From the NCBI GenBank assembly GCA_964016885.1, contig OZ024744.1, forward strand, positions 97,774,001 to 97,838,000: DNA of 64,000 bases, in the 5' to 3' direction. Position numbers and translations under genes: made by a program. This document shows, piece after piece, positions 51,823-64,000 of the stretch. Position 1 is the first letter of the stretch, and every line of letters starts with the position of its first letter. Source of the stretch: Eledone cirrhosa. Lineage: Eukaryota. The notes under the pieces are model-generated. The model had not been told where the DNA came from and ran no database searches. It worked only from the letters and a program-made list of their open reading frames with translations.

Positions 51823-52808
51823 GACGCTTGTTGTCGTTGGTATAGTAGGGGACGCTTGTTGTCGTTGGTATAGTAGGCGACGCTTGTTGTCGTTGGTATA
51901 GTAGGCGACGCTTGTTGTCGTTGATATAGTAGGCGACGCTTGTTGTCGTTGGTATAGTAGGGGACGCTTGTTGTCGTTGGTATAGTAGGGGACGCTTGTT
52001 GTCGTTGGTATAGTAGGGGACGCTTGTTGTCGTTGGTATAGTAGGCGACGCTTGTTGTCGTTGGTATAGTAGGCGACGCTTGTTGTCGTTGATATAGTAG
52101 GCGACGCTTGTTGTCGTTGATATAGTAGGGGACGCTTGTTGTCGTTGGCATAGTAGGGGACGCTTGTTGTCGTTGGTATAGTAGGGGACTCTTGTTGTCG
52201 TTGGTATAGTAGGCGACGCTTGTTGTCGTTGATATAGTAGGCGACGCTTGTTGTCGTTGATATAGTAGGGGACGCTTGTTGTCGTTGGTATAGTAGGGGA
52301 CGCTTGTTGTCGTTGGTATAGTAGGGGACGCTTGTTGTCGTTGGTATAGTAGGCGACGCTTGTTGTCGTTGGTATAGTAGGGGACTCTTGTTGTCGTTGG
52401 TATAGTAGGCGACGCTTGTTGTCGTTGATATAGTAGGCGACGCTTGTTGTCGTTGATATAGTAGGGGACGCTTGTTGTCGTTGGTATAGTAGGGGACGCT
52501 TGTTGTCGTTGGTATAGTAGGGGACGCTTGTTGTCGTTGGTATAGTAGGGGACGCTTGTTGTCGTTGGCATAGTAGGGGACGCTTGTTGTCGTTGGTATA
52601 GTAGGGGACGCTTGTTGTCGTTGGTATAGTAGGGGACGCTTGTTGTCGTTGGCATAGTAGGGGACGCTTGTTGTCGTTGGTATAGTAGGGGACGCTTGTT
52701 GTCGTTGGTATAGTAGGGGACTCTTGTTGTCGTTGGTATAGTAGGGGACTCTTGTTGTCGTTGGTATAGTAGGGGACTCTTGTTGTCGTTGGTATAGTAG
52801 GGGACGCT
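51823..52808. repeat. 28-bp minisatellite, ~35 copies
   Basis: Unit GACGCTTGTTGTCGTTGGTATAGTAGGS. Confidence 0.95.
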
Positions 52809-52957
52809 CAGACGTGTGCCATTTTGGACAGATCCGTCCACGACAACTTCCACTTCATGCGATACATCACAGAAAGGGTGTCTAAAGAACCTGACACGGG
52901 TTTTACCAAGCACAGCTCTGTGTGCCTTGGGTATGTGCAGTATTGGGTTTGCTGTTG

Positions 52958-53290
52958 GTGTTTCTATTGTATTGATAGTATTCTCCGTAGTATGTGTACA
53001 GTGCTTAGTAATGCTATATTCTGCATATACCTGTAAGACCTGGGGGTTTGGTTAGTATCTGTCGGTGTGTTTTGTTATTATTCCCAGAGCACCTATTATT
53101 ATAAGTATTGTTTATGTTTTAATCATCCACATTCGGGTTATTTCTATCTCTAGATCTTTATGTTTGGAGAGTTTCTCCATTTCCTTGATAGCTATATTGT
53201 TGTTTGTGAAGATTGATACAACAATTAAAAAACAATTATTATTTTACCTGTGGTCTTTAACTACACTCGCTGCTGAATTACTCAGAAGTT
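52958..53290 (-). pseudogene. R4/Dong-like non-LTR retrotransposon restriction-like endonuclease remnant
   Basis: - strand reads VVKD...CFLI.VSI...NIAIKEMEKLSKHKDLEIEITRMW...IIGALG...MQNIALLSTVHILRRILS, with stops. Confidence 0.75.
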
Positions 53291-54087
53291 TTTTTCAAGT
53301 TGTTCAACAAAGCAAACGACACTTAACTACAGAGAAGAGAGTTTTATTGATCTCACTCACATAGATAATTTTGTATAAGCTGTGGAAAGTTAAGCAATAG
53401 GAGTCGAGTCGATCGACAAGATTCCAGACATCATTCGCTTAACGAGTGGGGTGGAGCTCGTCAAATCGGACCGAGGAAACAATGTTTCCGTTGGTCTTTC
53501 CAATTGCTAATACTATCTACCGGTCGCAACTCCAGGTAGAAGCAGCAACGTGAAATAAAGAGTCTTGCTCAAAGACATAACACATCGTCCGGTCCAGGAA
53601 TCGAACTCACAACCTCACGATTGTTAAGGCGTTTGGTTTAGTGGTTAGAGTTAACCCATACAGAGTAAAAAAATTAAACAAAAAAAATAATTGTTTCTAC
53701 TTTAGGCCCAAGGCCAGCAATTACCCAGTGCATTACTGGTACTTTATTTTATCGACCCCGTAAGGATGAAAGCAAAGTCAACCTCGGCGGGATTTGAACT
53801 CAGATCGTAAAGGGACGTAACTATGCTGGAAAGCATGGCGTCCGACCCTCTACCGATACTGCCAATCCACCCAATTAAACAAAAAAAAGAATGTTTTGTC
53901 ATTTTTTTTTAGATCATTTTTCAGATGTTCTTTATAATATTAACTGTACAAAAAGTATTATGATCATGTCTAGCTACGCCTCCCGAAGTAAATTGGCCAT
54001 GAACAAAACGACGCCGTCCACAAACAGGAAATGAATTAAAATTTAAAAAAAAAGAATTTAATTACACAGAATAATATTGACGTTGAA

Positions 54088-54254
54088 AACAACAACAACA
54101 ACAACAACATCAGCACCACCACCACCACCACCAACAACAACAACACCAACAACAATATCTACAAGAACACCAACAGAGAGCAACAACACCACCAACAACA
54201 ACAATAACAACAACAATATCTACAACACCAACAACAGCACCACCACCACCACCG

Positions 54255-54287
<33 letters not shown>

Positions 54288-54373
54288 GCAACAATATCTA
54301 CAACAACACCAACAGCAGCAACGCCACCAACAACAACAACAACAACAGCAACAATACCAACAGCAGCAACACC

Positions 54374-54405
<32 letters not shown>

Positions 54406-54451
54406 CAACAATATCTACAACAACACCAGCAGCAACACCACCACCACCACC

Positions 54452-54515
<64 letters not shown>

Positions 54516-54607
54516 CCAACAACAACAATATCTACAACAACACCAACAGCAGCAACACCACCACCACCACCACCAACAACAACAACAATACCACCACCAC
54601 CACCACC

Positions 54608-54639
<32 letters not shown>

Positions 54640-55432
54640 CAACAAAATCACCAACAACGGCAATAACAACACCTACAATAACAATAACAACAACAACAAA
54701 ACCACCACCACCACCAGCAACATCTACAACACCACCAACAACAACAACAACAACATGTACAACACCAACAACAACAACAACAACAGCAACAAAACCACCA
54801 ACGACAGCAATAACAACACCACCAACAACAATAACAACAACACCAACAACAACATCTACAACAACACCACCACCAACAACAACAACAGCAACAACATCAC
54901 CACCACCACCACCACCACCAACAACACCACCACCAACAACACCAACAACAACACCACCACCAACAACAACAACACCAACAACAACAACACCACCAACAAC
55001 AACAACAAAACCACCAACAACAACAATAACAACACCTACAGTACCACCACCAACAACAACACCACCACCAACAACAACAACAAAACCACCAACAACACCA
55101 ACAACATCACCACCACCACCACCACCACCACCAACACCAACAACACCAACAACACCAACAACAGCACCACCACCAACAACAACAACAACAACAAAACCAA
55201 CAACAACAACAATAACAACAACTACAACACCACCACCAACAACAACACCACTAACAACAACAACAACAAAACCACCAACAACACCAACAACAGCACCACC
55301 ACCAACAACAACACCAACAACAACAACAACACCACTAACAACAACAACAAAACCACCAACAACACCAACATCACCACCACCAACAACAACAACAACAACA
55401 ACAACACCACCAACAACACCAACATCACCACC

Positions 55433-55463
<31 letters not shown>

Positions 55464-55536
55464 CCACCAACAACACCAGCATCACCACCAGCATCACCAC
55501 CACCAACAACAACAAAGCCACCAACAACAACAACAA
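54088..55536. repeat. 1.45-kb cryptic (AAC/ACC)n expansion
   Basis: Low-complexity tract that gives Asn/Thr and Val/Gly ORFs on opposite strands. Confidence 0.85.
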
Positions 55537-56827
55537 ATATATTTTTCGTTCGACAACAACAAAAACAAAGACAGGAAACTGAATGCAACACCAGTATTAC
55601 GGCTGCTTCAACGGGCGAACATTCTTTAGCATCACGGTGAAACGCCATAATTACTATCACAGCCGCTTCTGCAGCCGACAGTTACAAAAAAAAAACAGTA
55701 TCACTGTCGCCATTACCGCAACAATATATTTGCCAATATGTGCAGCATCAAGCAACACCATCACCTCCACTACGAATGCTGGTTCAATATCCACTGAAGG
55801 CCGTAGCTGTAACAGCAGCAACAATATCAGAATATACAGCCAATCATCTGCAAAAATATCTGCTTTGCAAGTGCTACAAAAGTCTTTGAAAAATATGCTT
55901 TAAATACAGGTATGAAGGAAGCAAAATATATTGTTTAAAAAATAGATAAAAGTAAGTCTGATTGTCCCGATCAACGTGGAAGAAAGAATGCGATGCACAG
56001 TTACACACCCTTCTATTGGGGTAAAAAGAAAAAAAAAAAACGAAAAGTGAAAAGAGTTAGTGAAACTGAAATTCCAAAATTCGTAATGTCCGCGTGGAAA
56101 TGATATTCCACGATAGAATTTAGGTCCTTTCCCACCCGAAACGAAAGCAAGGAAGCACTCCATAATACTGCTGGAAAAAAAATGAAGAATTAAACCTCAT
56201 ACACCCTTATCTTTGTCAGTGTGTGGCAAAGGTGAAATGTGCCATCTAAAATACCCATTTCCTGACTAGTGGCAGCTGTGCTGGCTGAGATAGAAGATTG
56301 GACAACAATTCTTCTGGAAGTACACAGAAGAGGGGTCAAGGAGAACTGGTCAAGGATAGGCACGGAGCTCGTAACGGATCAATAACAGCTCGAAGTCATC
56401 CTTGATTTGATTGACGTGCCAGACGTCTCTCACGTCTCTCTTTTTGTCTGTAATGTTAAGGAACAGGAGGCCACCAGTCTATAAACCCGCTTAAAAGCTT
56501 TGTACCTACAGTGGGGCGTGAGAGAGAAATAGAGAGATAAGTCCCCTCCCCCACTATTACGCCATAAACACAGCAGCTGCAACAACAGCAGCAACAGCTT
56601 GCCATCACAGCAGCTTACAACCAGAGCAGCTTGCAAACAACAGTTTGTAACTACAATAACAGCTTCAAAAACAAAAAGCAGCAGCAATAACAGCAATAAT
56701 GGTAAGGACTATAGAGCCAAAAGCAGCAGGACGACAATAGTTGCAACAATAGCAACGGAAACCCCCCAAAATAACAACATCAATGACAGAAACTCACAAA
56801 ACAACAACAGATCAGGACACCAGCCAT

Positions 56828-58578
56828 TCTTCTTCTTCTTCTTCTTCTTCTTCTTCTTCTTCTTCTTCTTCTTCTTCTTCTTCTTCTTCTTCTTCTTCTT
56901 CTTCTTCTTCTTCTTCTTCTTCTTCTTCTTCTTCTTCTTCGCCCACTTATCCCTGAGAAATTCGTGAGGGCAGAGTCCTCAAACACTCCTTCCAATGGGT
57001 TCTGTCAGAAACAACTGTCTCCAACTGATCCAGCTGCATCCCCAAGTGAGGCCAACCAAGCTCATGGATGTTATCCAACCATCTTGCGTGGGCCTACCGC
57101 CTGGGTCTCCTGCCAGTTGGTTTTACTCGTAAAATCTGTCCAACGTTTCTTTCCTGAGACATTCTAACCATAGTATCGGAGTTGTAGCGGTTCTACCTGG
57201 AGTGACTTTCTGATATCCAAGTTATGCACATTATCAAGTAACATTACTCCAAAGACTCTTTGGAGGAACCGATTTCGGCCGCTTTTATTCGTGATCGTAT
57301 TCTTTTGGTCATTACCCAAGATTCAAGACCAAAGGTAAGGGTTGGCATGAAAACCAAATTGAAGATAGGGAATTTGGCTTTTACACCTACCTGCCTTCTT
57401 CTAATTACTGAATGCTGAAGCTGGCGCATTACTGCACCAGCTTTGGCAATTCTTGCACTTAATTCAGCCTTCTGCCTTCCAACATCCATGAACACAGCCC
57501 TGAGATACTTGAACTTCTCCACCTGATTCAGTGGAACTCCATTCACATGGAGAGTGTACTGCGCAGGCTTCCTTGAGAGGACGAGTGTTTCAGTCTTCGT
57601 AGCATTGATTTTCATTCCATCCATGCAACACTCGACATCAAATATATTAAGTGCAAGTCGACGATCACCTTCTGTCGAGTCAAGTAACACCATGTTGTCT
57701 GCAAATTCCAGCTGACTGATTTTAGCATAGACTTTACCGGGAAGGCTTAACAAGGAGATCCCTCTGTAATTGGAACAATCTTTCTAGTCTCCCTTTTTGA
57801 AAATTGGGATTCTCACTCCCGGTGGCCATTGCTTAGGTGCCTTTTCAGAAATCCAGCCCACCTGGCACACAGGAGTTAGCCAGAGAATACCTTTATTTAA
57901 GGCTTTTAACATCTTGGACCGGATTTCATCTTCCTTGCCACATTTGAGCTCTTTGACTACTCTTCTGACCTCAGCCTCTGAGAGATTAGTCATCGCTCCC
58001 AGGTGCACCTCGTGTACATGCGAAGATGTTGTGATCGGGTTTAGGAGATCAGTAAAGTATTCTCTCCACCTAGCGAAGATGCACCTCTCTGAAGAGAAAA
58101 TCCCAGACGCGTTCTTGATAGCAGGTGTGGAAGAGGTCTTCTTAGTACGAAGTCGGCAGATGGTCTGCCGGAACACTTTATTTGCTGATCTGCAGTCGTA
58201 TTCCAGTTTAAACCCCAAATCATCTCATGTCTTAACTTGCTGTTTTTGCTGCGATTCTTTGTGCCTACTTGTACTGCAAGTGTAAGAAGGAGGACTTATT
58301 TCCAAGCCAAGTTTTGTAAGCCTCTTTCTTTGCTTAAACCAGCCTCTTTTGCCCTCAGCATTTCACAACTGAAGCAGAAATTGCTGCGCTGAACAATATC
58401 CTCTTTGTCTCAACTACCTCAATTTGCTCAGGGAGTTCTCTAAATGTTGATGCAATTGTATCTGCATACCTGGTCCTGACTTCCTTATCCATCAATGCTC
58501 CCCAGTTTATCCTGACCCAGACCTGGACCTGCCAGTTCTGTGGACTTCTTTGGCTTTAGGTAGTCTCAAGTTGCAGAT
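56828..58578 (-). mobile_element. RTE-clade LINE 3' part (degenerate RT) with (GAA)n tail
   Basis: RWREYF.DLLN, PIFKKGD, NYRGISLLSLPGKVY, FAD, KIN..KTE, VEKFKYL and PTLTFG.ESW motifs. (TTC)n at 56828-56940. Confidence 0.85.
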
Positions 58579-58579
58579 G

Positions 58580-59757
58580 GATTTGACAAAGTGGCAGATT
58601 GGTGACTGGCGCTAATAAGACCACCAAAACTGAAACTGCAATATGAAGAGGAAAACAAAGAAAAACCATACCACACCGTCCTTCGGGTTAACAAGTGACG
58701 CCTCCAGGCCTTAGGTAGAGTGGCCTGTTCAAAAACTATATTGCAGTCTCCATTTCATGCCAAAAAACCTGGCGATGAGCCTGTGACCTGTCCTGGAGGG
58801 AGGCGTGAGATGGACGCACAACAGTTGCGTATCTCGAGACCCCAAAGAGGATTCGAAAGGGAGCAAACCTTAACAGTTGGAACCTGGAACATCACAACCC
58901 TTACAGGTAAAGAGCAAGAACTAGTGGAAGAGGCTAGATGCTACCAGCTAGTTATAGTCCGGGTTTCCTCAACAAAGTTCCGTGACTCTGCCACTGTAGA
59001 TTTGGATGGAGAATAGAAACTCCACTATTCAGGTGTGGCACCAGAAATGACTACACAGGCAGCAATGGAAATACTCACCAGCCCCCGACTGTCAGGATGT
59101 GTTATGGACTGGATCCGTTAGGAGGGAGGATTTTCCTCTTGAAGCTTAGGCTGAAAGATAGGTCTCTGTGGGTGGTGCAAGTTTATGCAACAAACAAAGA
59201 GTCTAAATACAGATCTTTCCTTGATGAAGTCATTGCAGCATTAAATGTAGTTAAGACTGAGTCATATGTCCTGATGGGAGACTTCAATACACATGTTGGA
59301 ACTGACCAGCTGACATGGAAAGGAGTCATTGGAAGGAATGGTGAGTTATATATCTTGATGATGAGACTTCAATACACATGTTGGAACTGACCAGCTGACA
59401 TGGAAAGGAGTCATTGGAAGGAATGGTGAGTTATATATCTTGATGATGAGACTTCAATACACATGTTGGAACTGACCAGCTGACATGGAAAGGAGTCATT
59501 GGAAGGAATGACAACTCCGATCTAAATACGAATGGAGAGGCCTTATTCGAATTCTATTATGAACATCTTCCAGCACAAAGACATCCTTAAATATACATGG
59601 TATATGGAATCAGGGACAGATATCAATAATGGTATATGGAATCAGGGACAGATATCAATAATCGATTTTGTTGTTTTCCCTGATCTCTTTCATTCTGTAC
59701 TGGATGGTCGTGTTAAGAGAAGGACTGAGCTGTCAACTGATAACCATCTAGTTACCT
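58580..59757 (+). mobile_element. Same RTE LINE 5' part (APE endonuclease), inverted
   Basis: VGTWNITTLTGKEQELVEEA, VVQVYA, MGDFNTHVG, IDFV and STDNHLV motifs. Includes an internal ~88-bp triplication at 59272-59510. Confidence 0.85.
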
Positions 59758-60377
59758 AAAAAAGTAAAACATCCCTTTCCTGCACCCTCAAATAAAACAC
59801 CAACATACATACGAGGGTCGGCTGAAAGGTTCATAGGCTGATTATGAAGGAGTGATGCTAGAGCTGTGAAATATTGCATGCGTTATTTTCAACTCTTCTT
59901 ATTAATAACTGCACATTGTTTCTTTCCAGGGACTATGATGAAAAATAAACATCATTTGGTCATTCCATGAGAGTATCTTGGTCAGTCTATGAAGGAGTGA
60001 TGCTAGAGCTGTGAAATCTTGCGTCCATTAGTTTCAACACTTCTTACTAATAACTGCATTGTTTCTTTCCAGGGACTATGTTGAAAAATAAACCACTCCC
60101 TTCTCCTGCTTCAGACATGTTGAATGTAGAAACCTCATCGTCTGAGGTCCCCGTAGAAGATAAATGAAATCAAAAGAAACTAAAAAGAACTAACTTAAGT
60201 ACAGGGCCACAGATACTGAAGGAGTAGCAGCTCTCCCCTTGATCAGCCACATACCTACACCATCACTGGCAAAACTAATACCACAACAACAGTCAAACAC
60301 ACAAACACACCAACAAAAAAGAAAAAAGAAAAAAATTCAGACATCAACCTCAGAAAAAGTAATAAAAAGACAACCAA

Positions 60378-60470
<93 letters not shown>

Positions 60471-60529
60471 AACTACGCCAACCGCATGGTAGTAAAAGAA
60501 AGCAAATAAAAAAATCAAAAAAAAAAGAA

Positions 60530-62610
60530 GTGGGGTTGGATAAGCCATTACACAGATTACTAGAATATGGGTTTCTCAAAAAGGCTCCCGAATATATATT
60601 CAGGAAACTCGAAGAAAGATTCCCAAACGATCGAGCGGGGTAGTGGTGGCGGGTGGGTAGGGGGGTCAAGAAATAGATTCGCTGAATAAGTATTCGCTGA
60701 GCTTTCACGAAGTACTCCACTCCTTTCAGGAAGACTGTTTCATCCGTTCTTTCAGAGAAGCAAGGTAAAGAACTTCTTTTACTAAGACGGCCTTACTACG
60801 AAGTATATATGTACGTAGAACCGAGTCGCTTTGATAGCAAGGTTGCTTGCTCAACGGCCTCCAGTTAATAGATACAGATGTTGCATCAATCAGCAAGACC
60901 GATATTTCAAATCCACACGTATTTATACCCATCTTCAACGACTACAGGGTATATATATGCATCTCTTAAACAACATGGCTCGAGAGATGAAGAGACAGTG
61001 TTGTGTCGGAAAGGCTTGGATTTCGAAGTATGGGAGATACTCAACTAGAACTTTCGGTCCCGGGCCGATGGATAATTTTCAGAAATTTCTGGCCCTGGTA
61101 GCACTACAGAGGAGTATTGTTGGTTCGAGACAAACTTAAATAGGCGCAGAAATGCCGTCAGCCGGGACTGTCTAACTTGCACACATAGCGATGAAACCGT
61201 CCCATATGCACTTATTTAGTGTCTTACGATTGCTGATCTGTGGATCTTTCGTTAAACAGCTGTTGTCGCGTGTAGGACGGATCCAGAGCAACGAGGCGAG
61301 ATCATCGGGAAAGTCTCTACCACATTCCTTTTTGCAACCGGAAATGGCAGGCTATTTCTTCCGCCTGATAGCTGTGGAAAAAGAGCATGTGTGTTGGACA
61401 CAAACCCTTCACAAATTTAAGTCTCCCTACCACATTCCTTTTTGCAACCGGAAATGGCAGGCTATTTCTTCCGCCTGATAGCTGTGGCAAAAGAGCATGT
61501 GTGTTGGACACAAATCCTTCACAAATTTAAGTCTCCCTACCACATTCCTTTTTGCAACCGGAAATGGCAGGCTATTTCTTCCGCCTGATAGCTGTGGCAA
61601 AAGAGCATGTGTGTTGGACACAAATCCTTCACAAATTTAAGTCTCCCTACCACATTCCTTTTTGCAACCGGAAATGGCAGGCTATTTCTTCCGCCTGATA
61701 GCTGTGGCAAAAGAGCATGTGTGTTGGACACAAACCCTTCACAAATTTAAGTCTCCCTACCACATTCCTTTTTGCAACCGGAAATTGCAGGCTATTTCTT
61801 CCGCCTGATAGCTGTGGCAAAAGAGCATGTGTGTTGGACACAAATCCTTCACAAATTTAAGTCTCCCTACCACATTCCTTTTTGCAACCGGAAATGGCAG
61901 GCTATTTCTTCCGCCTGATAGCTGTGGCAAAAGAGCATGTGTGTTGGACACAAACCCTTATCAAATTTAAGTCTCCCTACCACATTCCTTTTTGCAACCG
62001 GAAATTGCAGGCTATTTCTTCCGCCTGATAGCTGTGGCAAAAGAGCATGTGTGTTGGACACAAACCCTTCACAAATTTAAGTCTCCCTACCACATTCCTT
62101 TTTGCAACCGGAAATGGCAGGCTATTTCTTCCGCCTGATAGCTGTGGCAAAAGAGCATGTGTGTTGGACACAAACCCTTAGCAAATTTATCATGTTTCAC
62201 TTGAAAAGAAAATTAAGAGTGGATAGAAGAATGTTACCATCCTCCCTCTCACTCGCAGTAAATTTGTTGAATGGAGGGTGAGAGTTGCAAATATGGCCGA
62301 AGAGAGAGAATGGGCTTACTCTGAACATTGATTTGTAGACCGGGAGGCAATAGCTGTTAGGGTGAATCAAGTTTCGAGGGAGTTCCTTAATTTGATCTTA
62401 GAGACTTTTACATTGTTAATATTTTTTTTTGTTATCCTTTATTTTTTGTTATTTATATTTTTAGACGACTAATATATAACCCCCTCCCCATCACCCCCCA
62501 CCCCACCCCCACACACACATACGCACACATGCGCACACGCACAGTATTTGTGCCGTCCTAATCATCTTTAAGCAGCCCTGGTGGCAAATAAAGAAATTAT
62601 CATTATTATT
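60530..62610 (+). mobile_element. Degenerate Tx1-like LINE related to 4600-5575
   Basis: RTFGPGPMDNFQK and LLSRVG motifs. The 3' end reads GCCCTGGTGGCAAATAAAG. The 5' boundary is uncertain. Confidence 0.7.
61311..62188. repeat. 110-bp minisatellite, 8 copies, inside the Tx1 ORF2 remnant
   Basis: The exact 110-bp period is visible in the sequence and in the ORF track (61317, 61427 and onward). Confidence 0.95.
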
Positions 62611-63939
62611 ACTGTTGGATTGGCAGTGTCGGTAGAGCGTCGAACAACATGCATCGTAGCATAGAGTTACAGCCCTTTACGGTCTGAGTTGAAATCCCGG
62701 CGAGGTTAACTTTGCCTTTCATCCTTACGGGATCGATAAAATAAAGTACCAGTCACGCACTGGGGTCGATTTAATCGACTTCCCCTCCCCCCAAAATTGC
62801 TGGCCTTGTGCCTATAGAAGAAACCAATATTACTGTTGGATTGGCAGTGTTGGTAGAGCGTCGGACAACATGCTTTATGGCATAGAGTTACGGCCCTTTA
62901 CGTTCTGAGTTCAAATCACTCCGAGGTTAACTGCTTTGCCTTTCATCTTAACGGGATAGATAAAATAAAGTACCAGTAATGCAATGGGGTAGATTTAATC
63001 GATTTTCCCATCCACACCAAAGTGTTGGCCTTGTATCTAAATCAGAAACCAATATTAATGTTGTTCTTGTTGTGGTTGTAGTTTTATTTTTTTTATTTTT
63101 GTTCTTGATATTGTTAATCATGCGTTAGAATGTCGGATAGAATGTTTTGCAATATTCGTTGACCCGCCGAGATAAACTTTGCCTTTCATCCTTTCATGGT
63201 CGATAAAAAAAAAGTACCAGTCTACCAGTCCTGTACTGGGGTGGATTATTCATTTATATCTCTTTTTCACTTCCATTTTCTGACTATTTCTATCCTTCTC
63301 TGGAAGAAACCTGCTGTGTTCAAACCTGGAGAAGAAATAGACTCCGCCAAGTTTAATAAATACCCTAGATACTCTGTATGCCAATACGGCGCCCTTACGA
63401 CTCCCTCGGGGGGTTACAGAACCATACATGCATTGCTATTGTTGTTGTTGTTGATATTTTTTCGTTACTTATCTATTAGGATGTTGTTGCTTTTTTTAAT
63501 TGCTTTTCCAAAACGCTGGATTTTACGACACACAACTGAAGGAAATAATTGTATATTTTTTTTATTGAGTTTCGTGGCAATTTTTTTTAAAGGATTTTCA
63601 TCTTCAACTGTAGCTTACCCTTTTTTAAAACTCGACCTTTAACCAACGTTAAAAAGTTCCTGGGGGAAAAAAAAATCGTATATTCTCTGATGAGAGTCTT
63701 TTAGACTGAACAATTTAGTAACAAGTAAAGAAACACATAAATGAATAAATAATTGTTTCTACTTTTGGCACAAGGCCAGCAATTAACCAGCGCATTACAG
63801 GTACTTTATTTTATCGACCCCGTAAGGATGAAAGGCAAAGTTAACCTCGGCAGGATTTGAACTCAGATCATAAAGGGCCGTAACTCTATGCTGCAAAGCA
63901 TGGCGTCCGACCCTCTACAGATACTGCCAATCCACTGTA

Positions 63940-64000
63940 ATAAAAACACACACACACACGCGCGGATGTAACGCATGCGCAAACTAAGCACACAACACAC
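63940..64000 (+). mobile_element. Start of another PLE family A-like 3' region (cut by the window edge)
   Basis: CGGATGT..CGCATGCGCAAACT.AGCACACAACACAC matches 19037-19075. Confidence 0.65.

Noticed and set aside
54077-55660. 501-aa and 516-aa ORFs
   Set aside because: They are stop-free on both strands because of (AAC/ACC)n composition, and have no domain content.

Overview
AT-rich, microsatellite-dense eukaryotic DNA with no recognisable host protein-coding gene. The SINE families and (TA)n/(CA)n/(GA)n load are consistent with an octopus/cephalopod genome, which is an inference. The window is almost entirely transposable-element debris. It contains about 30 copies of one tRNA-derived SINE, a second SINE family, three distinct Penelope-like element (PLE) families (RT and/or GIY-YIG), Tx1/L1-like, RTE, R4/Dong-like and CRE-like LINE fragments, nested Helitrons, hAT, Tc1-mariner and piggyBac-like MITEs, and at least six minisatellites. 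The main unexplained layer is a set of about 13 type-I hammerhead-ribozyme motifs of roughly 8 unrelated sequence types, including long-stem-II and stem-II-less variants. They sit in PLE 3' regions and in short (TA)n-embedded, often fold-back elements. Other highlights are an in-frame TGA at a conserved Cys of a Naiad-type PLE endonuclease, endonuclease-only inverted PLE units with a shared breakpoint and asymmetric tails, and two 5'-inverted LINEs (Tx1 and RTE). Element boundaries were read by eye and are approximate. Most ORFs in the supplied track are microsatellite artefacts.
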